Positions 23,756 through 39,600 of a stretch of DNA of 64,000 nt are shown piece by piece. The notes below the pieces were generated by a model. It saw nothing but the letters and a program-made list of their open reading frames with translations, was not told the DNA's origin and searched no databases. The DNA is taken from the NCBI GenBank assembly GCA_023231475.1, contig JALJEE010002620.1, positions 1 to 64,000 of the forward strand, given 5' to 3'. The position numbers and the translations under genes were made by a program. Positions within the stretch are counted from its first letter, which is position 1. The number at the start of each line of letters is the position of its first letter. The stretch comes from Seison nebaliae. Taxonomy: Eukaryota.

Positions 23756-26700
23756 ATGAATAAATATTTCTTCCTCCTAATTATTTTCGAGATTTTTTTC
23801 CGACAAATTATTGCCAATTGTCCCATTAGTCAAACAACGAAAAGAAATATTTGTTATTATTTGGACAGTGCAGTCTATCGAAAAGGAAAAGGATCATTTA
23901 CATTAGATCGAATCGATCCATGTTTATGTTCTCATGTCACTTATTCGTTCCTCGATCTGAGAAGTGACGGGAAATTAAAATTTACTGCTCGAGATGTAGG
24001 TTTCTGCTTTTTCTCTTTTGTTTTTTCTATTTCGAATTTAAATAAAGAAAATTTTAAAAAACTTCAAAATTTGAGGAAGACAAATCCAAATATAAAATTA
24101 GTGGTGGCACTAGGAGGCGCCAATGGTGATTTAAATACATTTCAATCCATCCTAAAAAATGGTGAACTGAAAACGAATTTAATGAGAGATGTAAATGGAA
24201 AATTGGAGGAATGGAATATGGATGGAATCGAATATGATTATGAATATCCTTCACAACAATATCGAGATTCGATCACACAATTCTTCCAACAATCTCGCAC
24301 TTCAATTATTGGAAATAAGGAAATTAGTATCGCTTTACCATTCGATGATCGTCGATTGGCTGCATTTGATTTGGAGAAATTACAACAGTTATCTCTATAT
24401 CATCAATATTAAATTATTTCTTAACAATATTTCCCATAATTAAGATCATTAGATTATATGACAATAATGTCATATGATATGCATGGAGCATGGGACAATA
24501 ATGTCGCACATCATTCAGACAAAGCAACTGGAGTTCGATATTATTTATATGGAAATTTATAATCAAAAATTTTTTTCCATCAATTATTCAGGAAAGGACA
24601 TTACAAAAATTTTTAAGTTCAAATGTCCAACCGAAAAAAATCAATTATGGATTAGCGACATATGGACGTACTAGTGGAAATATTGCAGGACCTTATTCCC
24701 AATCAGGAGGATTTCTTAGTTATATGGAAGTTTAGTTAATTGAAATTAAGTATTTGAAAATTTTGTTTTTCGAAAAGATTTGTGAGAAGAATTGTGAGAA
24801 TTGGAAACAAACTTCCACCAATTCCAATCCAACAATGTGCAATGGAGCGTCGTGTGTTCATTATGACACGAAATTTAGCATAAAAGATAAAGTTGAAATT
24901 TTTAAGTAGTAATTTTCCATTTTATCCTTATTTCATTGAGTGGTTAGGCAAATTTAGTTCATCAACATAACTTGGGAGGTTGTGCAATTTGGTCATTAGA
25001 GAATGATGATTTTGACGGTTCAGGATGTTGTAAAGGAAATTTCCCTCTAGTTTCTGCAGTAGTTCAGAAATTGATATTAAAAGATGAGGCAGTTGGCGAT
25101 AAAATTGATTGTAAATGTAACTCTAAATCGACGACAGATAATCATCAACCGATAACGACGAATGGTTAGTACTAACATATTTCAATTTGTCCACATATCT
25201 AGATATAGATCTATTAGAGAGTCTATTAGTTGCTGATTCGACGACAACGATAATAAATTTAAATATTCCAAATGATGAGAATGTTAAAAATGAGTCAATA
25301 AGAATGAAAAGACAAAAATCTCAAACTTATGTGAGAATGTGTTATTATACTTCATGGAATGGTGGAGTTCTACCATCTCAATATCTTTGTACTCATGTCA
25401 TCTATTCATTCGCTTCAATGTCTAATGGAGTATTAAGTGGAGTATCGTCTAATCCTCTCCTTTCACTCAAACGGAATGATCCAAATATAAAATTATTATG
25501 CGCGGTTGGAGGATGGACATTTGGAGTTAAGCCAATGGTCGACATGTTGAAAAGTGAGGAAAGTCGAAGCAAATTCGCTAAACATTCAGTGAAATGGTTG
25601 AGAAATTTGGGTTTTGATGGGTTGGATTTGGATTTCGAATATCCGGGAACTAATTATCCGAAATATAATCGTTATTCACCACCACAAGACAAACATCGAT
25701 TTACATTATTATGTAAAGTTTATTTTCGAAAATTATTTAAAAAAATTTTCCGCTTGAAAATTTATTATTTCAATGTAGCAAATTAAGGAAGAATTTGAAA
25801 AAGAATTAACTAGTAAACGGAAATTATTGTTGACTGTAGCTGTTGGTTGTCGAAAAATAGACATCGAACGAGGTTACGAAATAAAAGAATTGGCCAAGTT
25901 CATTTTAATGTAATTTTCAATTAGTTTATTTTTAAAATTTAGATATATCGATTATTTCAATTTGATGAGTTATGATTTGAGAGGTGGATTTGATTCATCT
26001 GCTGGTCATCACAGTGCTTTGTATGCAGGAAATCATGAGCATGGTAATGATCGGACATACAACATTGTTAACTATTAATTCATTACACTACGAGCGAATC
26101 ATATTTAAAGGATTGGGTCATTAAACACTTCACTACAAATGGAGCACCTAACAAGAAATTAGTTTTCGGTTTACCGACTTATGCAAAATCATTTCGATGT
26201 ACCACATCGACTTCTCATTGTGAATTTGGAGAGAGTGCCAAATTCGGAACTTGGGTAACTTACGGACAAGTTACATTAAATATGATTATTTTATTATATA
26301 ATTTTATTATTTTAGATTTGTAATATGATTTCAAATGGTTGGAAGAAAATTTGGCATACAGAAATGGCAGTTCCAAGTATTAGTCGAGGAAATGAGATTG
26401 TCGGTTATGATGATCTTAATAGTTTCGATTTGAAAGTTTGAAGTTTTTTAAGGAAATTTTAATTACAAATATTGATTAGTTGAAATATGTGAAATATCAT
26501 AATCTGGCAGGTGTAATGGTATGGAGTATTGCGCAAGATGACATTAATGGCGCATGTAATCAAGGAAAATTTCCGTTATTGACTAAAATGAAAAATGTTT
26601 TGGAAAGTTTTAATTTCGAATTAAATTTTTTTGAATTGTTATCATATTATTATTATTTATTTAATAATTATTATTAGATGATATTATCGATTTAGATGAT

Positions 26701-28110
26701 GTTGATGATGATGATGAAGAAGAAGAAGAAGAAATTGGTTCAAATGAAACTTTAGATGATGAAGATATCTTTTACGAACTATTAGAATATGAAATATAAA
26801 TTTTTTTATTCTTCTTTAAAATTCTCATAATTCTCTTTAGTATTAACATAGAAATAGATTTTTCTACTTTTTCCTAACTTGCTTCCATCTTATTACTTCC
26901 TTACTGTTGTATAAAGGACCTTGTGGAAATCGACGAACATATGAAGCTTATCCTCATCCTGAATGTCGTCGATATCGACATTGCAATGGATCATTATATG
27001 ATTGTCCAATAACTACCGTCTACTCCAACGACGCATCAACATGTATTAATTCAGCTAATTTTAATTGTAAATATAAAGTAGTCGATGTGACTACCATATC
27101 TACAACGATTCCAACTATTAAATCGAATACACCATCTTCACAATCTACTTCAATTTCATTATTGACAACTTCATCTTCACCCACAATATCTCAATCAATT
27201 TCTATTTCCACACTATCTCAATCAATTTCTTCTATTTTCCAATCTATCTCATCTGCCAAAACTCAAAGTTCTACTGTGCCTATTGGCACAACAAGTTAAT
27301 ATTTTTATATTTTTTTCGAAAATAATTTTTCAGAGGAATGTACCAATGAAGGTAAAACTGTGATTGATTCGACTGTCTCAACATGTCGACGATTTAAAAA
27401 ATGTGTTTCGGGAAAATATTCATATTTTCAATGTGGATCTAATGCGATTTATGATCAAGCCATTCAAAATTGTAATTGGGCTACTTTGTTCAATTGTATA
27501 AATGGGAGAGTTGAACGAATTTCAAAAGTTGCCACGACGATATTACCATCCACTACCGATTTATCAAGTTTGATATTATTCTCTATTAAATTCTTTATCA
27601 TCGACAGTTATTGATATTAATGAGATATCCAATTCTCAAAGCACATCGTCTCAATCATCAACTTCCACTTGTAGAGAGAGTGACAGTACATCAAAGCGAT
27701 ATGGAGCGGTCATTAATGATTGTCAGACATTTATCGATTGTTACACTAAACATAAATTCAAATGTGGACCAGGTACTTATTTCGATGATAAATATCAAAT
27801 CTGTAATTGGCCGTCTGCGGTTTCATGTGGAAAGAATCAGAAAAGATTAGCCGATCAACCGATTAATGAGCAACATGTTTGTTTCGATATCAATCAACGA
27901 TTCTCTGCCAATTTTTCAGATTGCAGATCTTTCTTTGATTGTTCGAAAATTCGACAGATCGAATCGGCACATCTAGTTTTAGGCAGAAGTGAACGATGCA
28001 AATCGAATGAAATGTTTAGCATCTATTCACAGACGTGTGTGAAGAGTGATGGTGGATTGTGTTTGTTAAGAACTGATATAAATTATGAATATAATTTTAA
28101 AATAATTTAA
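23756..28110 (+). CDS. Secreted chitinase with two GH18 domains and four C-terminal CBM14-like chitin-binding domains
   Basis: Signal peptide MNKYFFLLIIFEIFFRQIIA. GH18-1 has DGIEYDYEYP, MSYDMHGAW and GCAIWSLENDDF; GH18-2 has AVGGW, FDGLDLDFEYP, MSYDLRG and GVMVWSIAQDD. Then Cys-rich modules (e.g. CQTFIDC..FKCGPGTYFD...ICNWPSAVSC) with Ser/Thr linkers. Introns 24000-24047, 24388-24444, 24533-24591, 24730-24777, 24892-24947, 25165-25208 (or 25202), 25718-25778, 25898-25942, 26067-26110, 26270-26315, 26436-26479, 26607-26677, 26738-26916 (tentative), 27295-27333 and 27568-27607. Confidence 0.85.
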
Positions 28111-28837
28111 TATTTCCCTTTCTTCCCCCTAATGAAATTCGACTGAGAATTTTCTCTTTTTATGTTAAACAAACTCTGTAAATTTTGAAGATGGTACAAA
28201 AGCGATTTATCAATAATTGTCTGTTGTTGTGATTATTATTTTATGATAACCGCAAACGATAAACAAGAATTATTAGTTTTTTTTGTAGATTAAGGAAATT
28301 GTCGGAGAATGGATTCTATAACTTTTTATTTTCGTACAACTTTAATTAAAGAAACAGAACTTTTCGTTCGATTTCAGCACACGTCTGTCAGCAATTTGTG
28401 GAGAACGCTATATCAGTTCCTTAAAAAGAATTATTCTCTATCTAAAAGGGAAAGTGGGAAAGCGTTTATTAAACTTTCGATCGGTTATGAACGGTTCGAA
28501 TTGCAAACTTACTAACAACCAAAAAAGAAAACTCATCAACAGTTCTCTCCTGTTACTCATTAAAATTCTTTAAAATTCAGAATAGAGAAGATGTTGGAGA
28601 GGAGAATCAGTCAAGACATTTCCAATATTTATTGTGAAACGAATGTAAATTAATGGAAAGATTTGGACCAAAACACCGAGGATAAAGGGAGAAGATGCAT
28701 TCGTTTATGATAAGTGGAGAGATGAGCATTTCGTTTCAAAAAAAAAAGTTTCTTAAGAGATCTCCTATTTCACAATATACACATACGAACACGTCTACGT
28801 TATTGATGAGTAAACGAAACGTCAGTTAATAGCTATT

Positions 28838-28847
28838 CCTTTTTAGG
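28838..28847. promoter_or_regulatory. CArG box (SRF site) upstream of actin
   Basis: CCTTTTTAGG fits CC(A/T)6GG and lies ~335 bp upstream of the actin ATG; CArG boxes are well known in actin promoters. A possible 5'UTR intron (GTT at 29023 to TTTTAG at 29139) lies between. Confidence 0.55.
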
Positions 28848-29175
28848 AAATATTTTCCAACATCTATTATATTGATGATTAGTGCTGCATTATATTCGAA
28901 CATGCATCATGCATTTCCATCGAATATAAGAAGCAGATGTGAAATTGGAAAGAATACAATTCTAAACTATTCTTTTCTTATTTACTATCGTGATTAGCAT
29001 ATTCATCAGTTTCTCAGAGAAAGTTCTTATTTACTGAACAGAACTTCTTTCTGTCATCTCACTGCAATTCTACTTCCATTTCCATACACTTCTATTCCAT
29101 CCTATCTTTTAACGTTCTCTCGTCAACTTTCTCTTTTAGATCTGATAATTTTTTGTGTTTAATTTCAATTCCTAA

Positions 29176-30386
<1,211 letters not shown>

Positions 30387-30687
30387 ACGAATTGAATTGC
30401 ACAAGAACTATCTTTTCCTAATTACTTTCTACTCATATAAACTCTTACTCACTTCACCCTATCTTTCAATTCTTTCTGTCTTAAAAATAAATTGAAATTC
30501 GTGCTCTCCTCTCATATTTTGATCATAATTGCCAAGAACTCGTTAATAAATGCTTCTTCATCTTCTATGGTTTCTCATTCAATTCTTCCAATATAAAACT
30601 TTCTATTAGAATATTATTCAAATAAAAGTTTTTCTTTTCATCTTTAACTAAATTCAAATTATTTCGAAATGTTCATTTGAAAAACAA

Positions 30688-33600
30688 ATGAAGGAAATAT
30701 TAATACTTTTATGGATTCTTCCAATTCTATTCATCGATCTTATTTCATCATCTTCCTCATTCGATTGTGAGAAGAATAAAGGTTTTTTTTTGAAAATGAA
30801 TTATTTTTCATTTTCAAACTCATTCCTAAAAAGGTACATTAAAAAACATTGTTCGATTTGTTGAAAAATATTGGTTCACTGTTACGGAAAGTTCTTCATT
30901 TGTGTTGAATTGGACGAATGTTTAATATCACTTTTTTTTAGAAAATGAAAATGTCATTGACAAAGTTCGAGAGATAATAGTTAAAATGAAGGAATGTAAT
31001 GTGAATTTTGCCACAAAGTTCATTTTAGTTTCAGTTTGACTTTAAAAGATATTCTCGACACATTCAGATGTGGACCGTTTGATGGAGCATGTTTAAACGA
31101 CGGACAATGCTTAGAAAATAGTGTAGGAACATTCTACTGTAAATGTTCCGATGGATTCGAAGGAGTGATTTGTGAAAAAACGGTTAAGCAACCAAAGAAA
31201 CCGGTAGGGAAGATCAGGGTAAAAAAATGGACTCCGCAATTCGATTGTACATTGAACACTTGTCGAAATGGTGGAACTTGTACTGTGAATGGCTGTCTTT
31301 GTCGAAAGGAATTTTTTGGACCAATCTGTCAATATTTGAAAAGTCGATATATGAGAAGAAAAAAGTGTTTGGCCCGTCCGTGCAAAAATGGAGCTCGTTG
31401 TAGAATTGCAAAGAATTCGAGAGGTTTCCGATGTATTTGCGCGAAAGGTTATACCGGTCAGTTCTGTGAGAAAGAATCGAAATGCAAAAATAATGGACAT
31501 TTGGAAGACGACAAATGTTATTGTTTGCCGAATTTCACTGGAGAGTTTTGTGAATTCCATTCTGGATGTTTAACTAGTACATGTGATTCCAAACTAGATT
31601 GTGTTTTGAATTCGGAATCGAAAACTTACGAATGTCAATGTAAGAAAGGTTATAAAGGAGAAACATGTGAACCGGTCGGTTTATGTCGATTGAACAGTTG
31701 CTACAACGATGGTCGTTGTATTGAGAGAAGTAATGGATTTAGTTGTAATTGTAAAATAGGTTATACGGGAAAGTTCTGTCAAATTATCGATATTTGTTTA
31801 AAGAGTCCGTGTTTGAATGGTGGGTCGTGTACATATTCTAGTAATAATCAATATTATTGTTCGTGTTTAAGTGACTATGCTGGTGAACATTGTGAAAGAT
31901 GGTTAAGTTGTGAAAAGTTGAAATGTGTTCATGGAAGATGTGCCCGATGGGAACATTCGAGTGGTGAATTGACATGTGCATGTGAGAAAGGTTATTATGG
32001 GAAGAGATGTAATCGGAAATCACCATGTCTCTATCAGAAATGTAGTGATCATGGTAAATGTATCGATATTAAATTGGAGACGACCAATGACGACAGTTCC
32101 GCCACATATTATCAGTGTTTATGTGAACCTGGATTCACTGGCAGTAATTGTGAAGTTAATATTAATTGTCTCAATTTACATTGTCAGAATGACGGGAAGT
32201 GTATGAGGAAAATGAATGGCGATTATTATTGTGCTTGTTGCCATGGTTACTCGGGTTCAATGTGCGAAATAGCCATCGGATGTAACGCAAAACCTTGTAA
32301 GAATAATGGCCAATGTGTCTCGTCTACTAGTGTGGTGAGAAGTTACGTGTGTTTTTGTCGTTCATCATATGTTGGTAATCATTGTGAAATTCCGAAAATC
32401 TGTTGGCCGAACAAATGTCAGAATTCCGGTGAATGTTTCGAATATAACGGAAGTTACAAATGTAAATGTTCGACGGATTTCTCGGGGAAACATTGTGAAA
32501 TTCCTGTGAAATGTAATCCTGATCCATGCAATAATCACGGGAAATGCATAGCGGCACCGCATTTGTCCGATGGATTCGAATGTGTGTGCAATGTTTTATG
32601 GACCGGTAAATTTTGTGATAGTGAAGCGATTTGTGATTCTCAGCCATGTCAAAATGGTGGAACGTGTAATGCAGTGACACCGGAACGTCTTCAATGTTTA
32701 TGTCAACGAGATTATACTGGGAAATTCTGTGAATTTAATGTGCATTGTTATGATAATCCGTGTCGAAACGGAGGTAAATGTAAACCGGTTTTTTCTGGTC
32801 TTATTAAATTCGAATGTATTTGTAAATCCGCATTCCGAGGACAATTTTGTGAAGATTTGATAATTTGTCTAGCTAATCCTTGCAAGAATGGAGGAACATG
32901 TCGTCCAACAACGGAAGGAAATTATTTTTGTAATTGTATCGAAGGATTTCATGGGAAACATTGTGAACAATCGATTGGCTGTGATTCATATCCTTGTATG
33001 AATGGCGGTAAATGTGTTTCTTATTCTTCGGCTGGATTCTATTCATGTCAATGCAATTTCGGTTATAGTGGTATGTATTGTGAATTACCTCCCAATTGTG
33101 ATAACGAACAATGTAACAATCATGGAATTTGTGTGATGAATAAGGAGAAAGTTGTGAAGTGTAAATGTCATTCGAAGTATGTTGGGGATAAATGTGATAC
33201 TCATCAATTGTGTTCATCGAATCCGTGTAAGAATGGAGGGACGTGTTTGACTAGTGAATCTTATTATGATTCCACCATTATTAGTTGTGCTTGTTCGTCG
33301 GAGTTTAGTGGGGAATATTGTGAAGTTCCACAATCCTGTCTCTCCAATCCTTGTCGACATGGTGGCACTTGTTCCACGAATGTTAATGGTGGATATCTCT
33401 GTCAATGCACGAAAGATTATGAAGGAATTAATTGTGAGACATCGAGAACTTGTATCGGAGTTCCATGTAAAAATGGAGGAACGTGTGTAAATGTCCAAAT
33501 TCCTGATCAAAAGAATCATTATCGTTGTATTTGTAACGGGAATTATCGGGGAAATCAATGTGAAATTCCAATAACATGCAATTCACATCCATGCAAGAAC

Positions 33601-36600
33601 AATGGTAAATGTCTACAAGTCAGAGAAGGTTCGTTAGATATTTATTGTAAATGTTCTAAAGAATTTACCGGACGATATTGTGAAACTCCCATGGAATGTT
33701 TATCGAAACCTTGTCAGAATAACGGTCGTTGTGTACAGAATGGTCAAAGTGGATTGGATTATGCGTGTTTATGTTCGAAAGATTTTTATGGAAAATATTG
33801 TGACATTCCTCGATTATGTCAAACCGATCCATGTCTGAATGGAGGGAAATGTGTGCAAAAATCATTGGTCAGTGTTGATTTTATGTGTGTGTGCGATGCG
33901 TTGTTTGTGGGCAGATATTGTGAGATTCCCATTTCTTGTCAATCCAATCCATGTTTGAATGGTGGGAAATGTGTGAAACCGTTATATGGTAAAGTCGGTT
34001 TTATGTGTTATTGTGCCAATGGGTTTTATGGTGATAATTGTCAACAACCAGTTGCTTGTAAATCGGATCCATGTCAGAACGGTGGAAGTTGTGTCCAAAG
34101 TTTTCACAACAATTTACCGTATACCTGTAAATGTACCGTTCATTTCACGGGACATAATTGTGTCTCACCAATGACGTGTCATTCGAATCCTTGTCGAAAT
34201 GGAGGAACATGTTCTTCCGCTTCATCTAATGAATATCATTATTTATGCACTTGTCTCCCGATGTTCACGGGGAAAAATTGTGAATCGTACAAAGTTTGCG
34301 CGGAAGAACCGTGCAGTAATGGAGGGACGTGCATTCTAGATGAGAAAAGAGGTTACAAACGTGTTTGTCAATGTCAATCTCAATTTACCGGTAAGAATTG
34401 TGAGTATGAAGTGGCTTGTTCGTCTCTACCGTGTAAGAATAATGGCGTTTGTCGCACGGCGGGTGACAATTTCAAATGTGAATGTAGTGGTGGATTTACG
34501 GGACGGACGTGTGAGAAATTGATGGATTGTATTCCAAATCCTTGTATGAATCGCGGTAGATGTATTCAACGATATCCTGGTTCTACTATTTATAAGTGTA
34601 ATTGCCTTCCCCAATACACCGGTCCCATTTGTAAGACGTTCATCAAATGCTTTCCCAATCCGTGTCGCAATGAAGGAAAATGTATTCCAGACGGTGATAA
34701 TTTTATTTGTGAATGTTCGTTAGGTTTCCTCGGACGATATTGTGAACGACTGATGAATTGCGAATCAAATCCTTGCAGGAATTTGGGAACCTGCAGACAG
34801 AAAGTTGACGGATCCACAGACATCGTATGTGAGTGTCTCTCGTCGTATACGGGAAATCAATGTGAACTTTTTATTCCGTGTCAACAGAATCCTTGCGGTT
34901 CTCATGGTCGATGCGTACCGAAAGGAAGTTTGTTCAAATGTGAATGTGACGATTATCATACGGGCGATACATGTGAAATTGTGCGTGCATGTATATCGAA
35001 TCCTTGTGAAAATGGTGCAACATGTACACAACATTGGAATAATGTGGGAACTTTCTCTTGTCTTTGTTTAGCTCAATTCACTGGCAAGAGATGTGAGATA
35101 CCTTTGGCTTGTATATCACGACCATGTCGAAATGAAGGAGAATGTTTAGTTCATCCACTCAATATTAATTCTTATTCTTGTCGATGTCGGAAGGAGTTTG
35201 AAGGAAATAATTGTGAATCATTTCGATTATGTAAATCGAATCCTTGTGAGAATCATGGTAAATGTGCACCGAATAAACATTTTAATACTTTCGTTTGTCT
35301 ATGTCTCACTGGTTTCACTGGACATTATTGTAATGAATTGATTAATTGCCGACCAAATCCTTGTATGAATAACGGACGATGTGAAGGAAAGGCAATCGGA
35401 TCAACCGAATTCGTTTGTGTTTGTACACGAGGTTACACCGGTCAATTGTGTGACAACTTCATTTCTTGTAATCATCATAAATGTAGAAATGGTGGAAGGT
35501 GTAAACAGAAACATGACGGTTCGTTGAATTATCGTTGTGAATGTCCCATCAATTATCGTGGGCGATATTGTGAAGTTTTCATTCCTTGTTTGGCGATCGA
35601 ATGTTTAAACGAAGGTCAATGTATCGCCCAATATGAAGGTAGTTCTCAAGTTCAATGTATTTGTAAGAAATATTACACGGGACAATATTGCGAACATTAT
35701 ATCCCATGTGATATTAGACCATGTTTGAATGGTGGAACATGTTTATCCAATCTCAAAGTTTCCGGTTCATTCATTTGTACTTGTCTATCCGGTTTCACTG
35801 GGGAACGATGTGAAACTTTAGAGATATGTCAAACGAATCCGTGCGGAAAACACGGACGTTGCGAACAAGCGAGTATCGCGAAAACTGATTATGTCTGTCG
35901 ATGTAACGCGTATCATGAAGGAAAGCATTGTGATATGGCCACGGTTTGTATAAAGAATCCTTGCTCCAATAACGGCGTTTGTTATGTGGCTGAAAGTGAA
36001 CCATATAAATATTTATGTCGATGTAAAACACATTTCACGGGGACACGTTGTATCGATTTAGTGGAATGTAACACATTGAAATGTGAAAATGGGGGAATGT
36101 GTGTGCAAAAAGAAGCAAATTCACCAAATGCCATTTGTAGATGTCGGCCCGGATTTTCTGGTAAGAATTGTGAATATATCATTGGTTGTTTGAGTGCTCC
36201 TTGTCTGAATGGCGGGAGGTGTCGAACGAAGAGTTTGCATTCCATCGAAGTAGTTTGTGATTGTCCCAACGGTTACATCGGAACGAAATGTCAAGAATTA
36301 TCAGCATGTCTGTCCAATCCGTGCAAGAATGACGGGAAGTGTTTCGTTAATAGTTTCAATCAATATAAATGTGAATGTGTCAACGGGAATTTCGGTCGTA
36401 ATTGTGAAATTGATGCAATTTGTTTCGGCATTTCATGTCATAATGGAGGGAAATGTATCGTAAAGAATAAACTACCCAAATGTCAATGTACCGCCAATTT
36501 TAAGGGAAATCATTGTGAATCATTAATTTCTTGCATTCCAAATCCTTGTGAGAATGATGGAGTATGTTACAGGAATTATCCTGGTTTTACTTATCGTTGT

Positions 36601-39600
36601 GAATGTAATGTCGGTTATTCAGGTAAGAGATGTGAGATAGCTAAAGCTTGTGCCATTAAGCCATGTAAGAATGAAGGAAAATGTTTGACTGTCACTCAAT
36701 ATCCGTCATTATATCAATGTAAGTGTAAAAGTGGATATATCGGGAGAAATTGTGAATTCCTAGAAATATGTGTTCAAAACTTGTGTGAGAATGGAGGAAC
36801 ATGTGTACCGTCATATCCAGGTGCCAGAACATATCGATGTATATGTCCTGAAGGATACAATGGGCCTCGATGTGAAATATTTCACAAATGTCTCCCATCG
36901 CCTTGTAAGAATGAGGGGAAATGTCTACCGATATTTGGGTCATTGTCGTTGTTCCGATGTCAATGTCCGATAGGTTTCATCGGAAAGTTATGTGAACAAT
37001 CGATTTTATGTATAAAGAATCCGTGCTTGAATGGTGGGAAGTGTCGAGCGGTGAATAATCAAATTCGATGTGAATGTAATTCCAATATTTGGATGGGCAC
37101 TCGGTGTGAAATTTCTGTGAAATGTTTGTCGTATCCGTGTTTGAATGGTGGAACATGTCGTTATGATATGAAGAAAGATATTTCTTGTTCTTGTTTACCT
37201 GGTTTTACGGGAAAGGTTTGTGAAATGATAAGTAGTTGTCAAATCAATCCGTGTAAGAATAACGGAAAATGTATTCAGAGAAATATAAACACACCAGAAT
37301 ATATGTGTAAATGTTCGCCTTATTATTTTGGAATTCATTGTGAAATTCCAACAGCGTGCGCATCCAATCCTTGTTTAAATAACGGAAATTGTATTTTTGA
37401 CGGAACTTTAACTTATCGTTGTGAATGTATTAATGGATTCACCGGCAATCATTGTCAATTACCCAATACTTGTAAATCGAATCCATGCAAGAATGGTGGG
37501 ACGTGTATGGTTTTCGGGAATAATATATCAGCGTTCAAATGTTTATGTCGTTCTCTGTTTACTGGAAAATATTGTGAAAATCGAAAAGTCTGTTCGCCTA
37601 ATCCCTGTCTGAATAATGGAATCTGTAAAATGAACATTAGACATTCCTATCGTTGTTTATGTCAAATCGGTTTCAAAGGTAATCAGTGTGAATTTTCGAA
37701 AATCTGTCAACCCGATTCGTGTAAGAACAATGGTCAATGTATTGAGAATAATTTTGATGGTTTCATTTGTAAATGCAATCACGGTTTCCAAGGCGATCGA
37801 TGTGAAATGTTAACATCGTGCTTATCGAAACCATGTTTAAACGGTGGAAGCTGTTTACAGAAACTGAATTATGTCAACGATTATTATTGTAAATGTGCCA
37901 TCGGTTTCATTGGGAGAATATGCCAGAACAAAACCTCCTGTATTTCCAACATTTGTCAGAACGGAGGTACTTGTCAAGTCAGTTCGAGTAATCGATTATA
38001 TTGCCTTTGTCGTTCCGGATATACTGGTGTACAATGTGAAAATTTTATTAATTGTAATCCAAATCCGTGTAGTAATCATGGAAAATGTGTACCGATAAAT
38101 TCTTTGTCAATTTTACATAAATGCATTTGTCAACCGAATTTTACGGGAATTGATTGTAGCATTTCCGTAGCGTGTCTCTCCCTACCATGTAAACATCATT
38201 CGACTTGTATTCCATTGATTTCAGCTCCATCTTCCCGAAATTATCAATGTATCTGCCAAATTGGTTATACCGGTATCAATTGCGAGAATGTGATGGTTTG
38301 TCAAAGTGCACCTTGTGTGAATGGAGGGAAATGTAGACGTGACATTAGTAATCAACAATCGTATATTTGTCAATGTCCTTCCCAATTTACGGGAAAACAT
38401 TGTGAAACTACAGTGATTTGTTTGCATAATCCGTGTAAAAATGGTGGAATTTGTACTTCGGTGGTGGGTAATAAATATTCATGTAATTGTAGATTTAGTT
38501 ACAAAGGTGAACATTGTGAGCAATTTATTCCGTGTGAGAAATTCAATTGTCAGAATGGCGGAATTTGTCAACCACAATTCATTGGTTCACCTATGCCAAT
38601 TTGTACTTGTCCATTTGGGTATGTCGGTTCGAATTGTGAAATTTTTTCATCCTGTTACCCTAATCCATGTGGTGCAAACGGAAAGTGTATTCCTGATCCG
38701 GTTCATTCAGGAAAAGCGAAATGTTTATGTAACCAGTATTTTGGAGGTCTACATTGTGAAACATTTCTGCCTTGTAATTCCACGGCGCCATGTCTCAATG
38801 GTGGAACTTGTCGTTATACGACAGCATCATCAATCCTTTCTCATCGAATGTGTTATTGCCCACCGGATTTCACAGGTAAAAGATGCGAGACATCTTTAGT
38901 TTGTATGTATCATCCATGTGAGAATGGCGGCACTTGTCAATATGACAGTCATGGTTCCATCGAGAAAAGGAAATGTTTATGTCAAATTAGTTGGGAAGGA
39001 GTCGATTGTCATATTTTTCACAAGTGCACGAATAATCCTTGTAAGAATCATGGTCATTGTACTCCAAATGCAGATAAGACGAACTTCAAATGTAATTGTC
39101 GAAAACCATATTATGGTCGTTTATGCGAAAAGTTTCTCCCATGCGAATCAGTCAAATGTAGTAATGGAGGACATTGTGTGCCTTATTATCCCGGAAGTTC
39201 CGAATATTTATGTAAATGCAAAGTTGGTTACATCGGAGAGCATTGTGAATATAATTCCAGATGTCTACCAAATCCTTGTTTAAATGGCGGTGTTTGTAAT
39301 GTGAGATATTCACAAATTCATTGTAAATGCATCAAAGGTTGGAAAGGCAGTCATTGTGAAATATTCGGACCGTGTGAAACATACAAGTGTCTAAACGGAG
39401 GCAAATGTGCAAAAGATGAGCACGATCAAATTTCTTGTCTTTGCACTGGCAGTTTCACAGGGAAACATTGTGAAACATTTGTGGATTGTCTAAAATATCC
39501 ATGTCTGAATGGAGGTGAATGTGAATTTGATAAGAATTTTGTGAAAAGGTGTGTCTGCAAAAATAATTATATTGGAGATAATTGTGAAATTTATGAACCG

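Noticed and set aside
28309..28515. 68-aa ORF between the chitinase and actin
   Set aside because: It is short, has no motif and lies in the probable actin upstream region.
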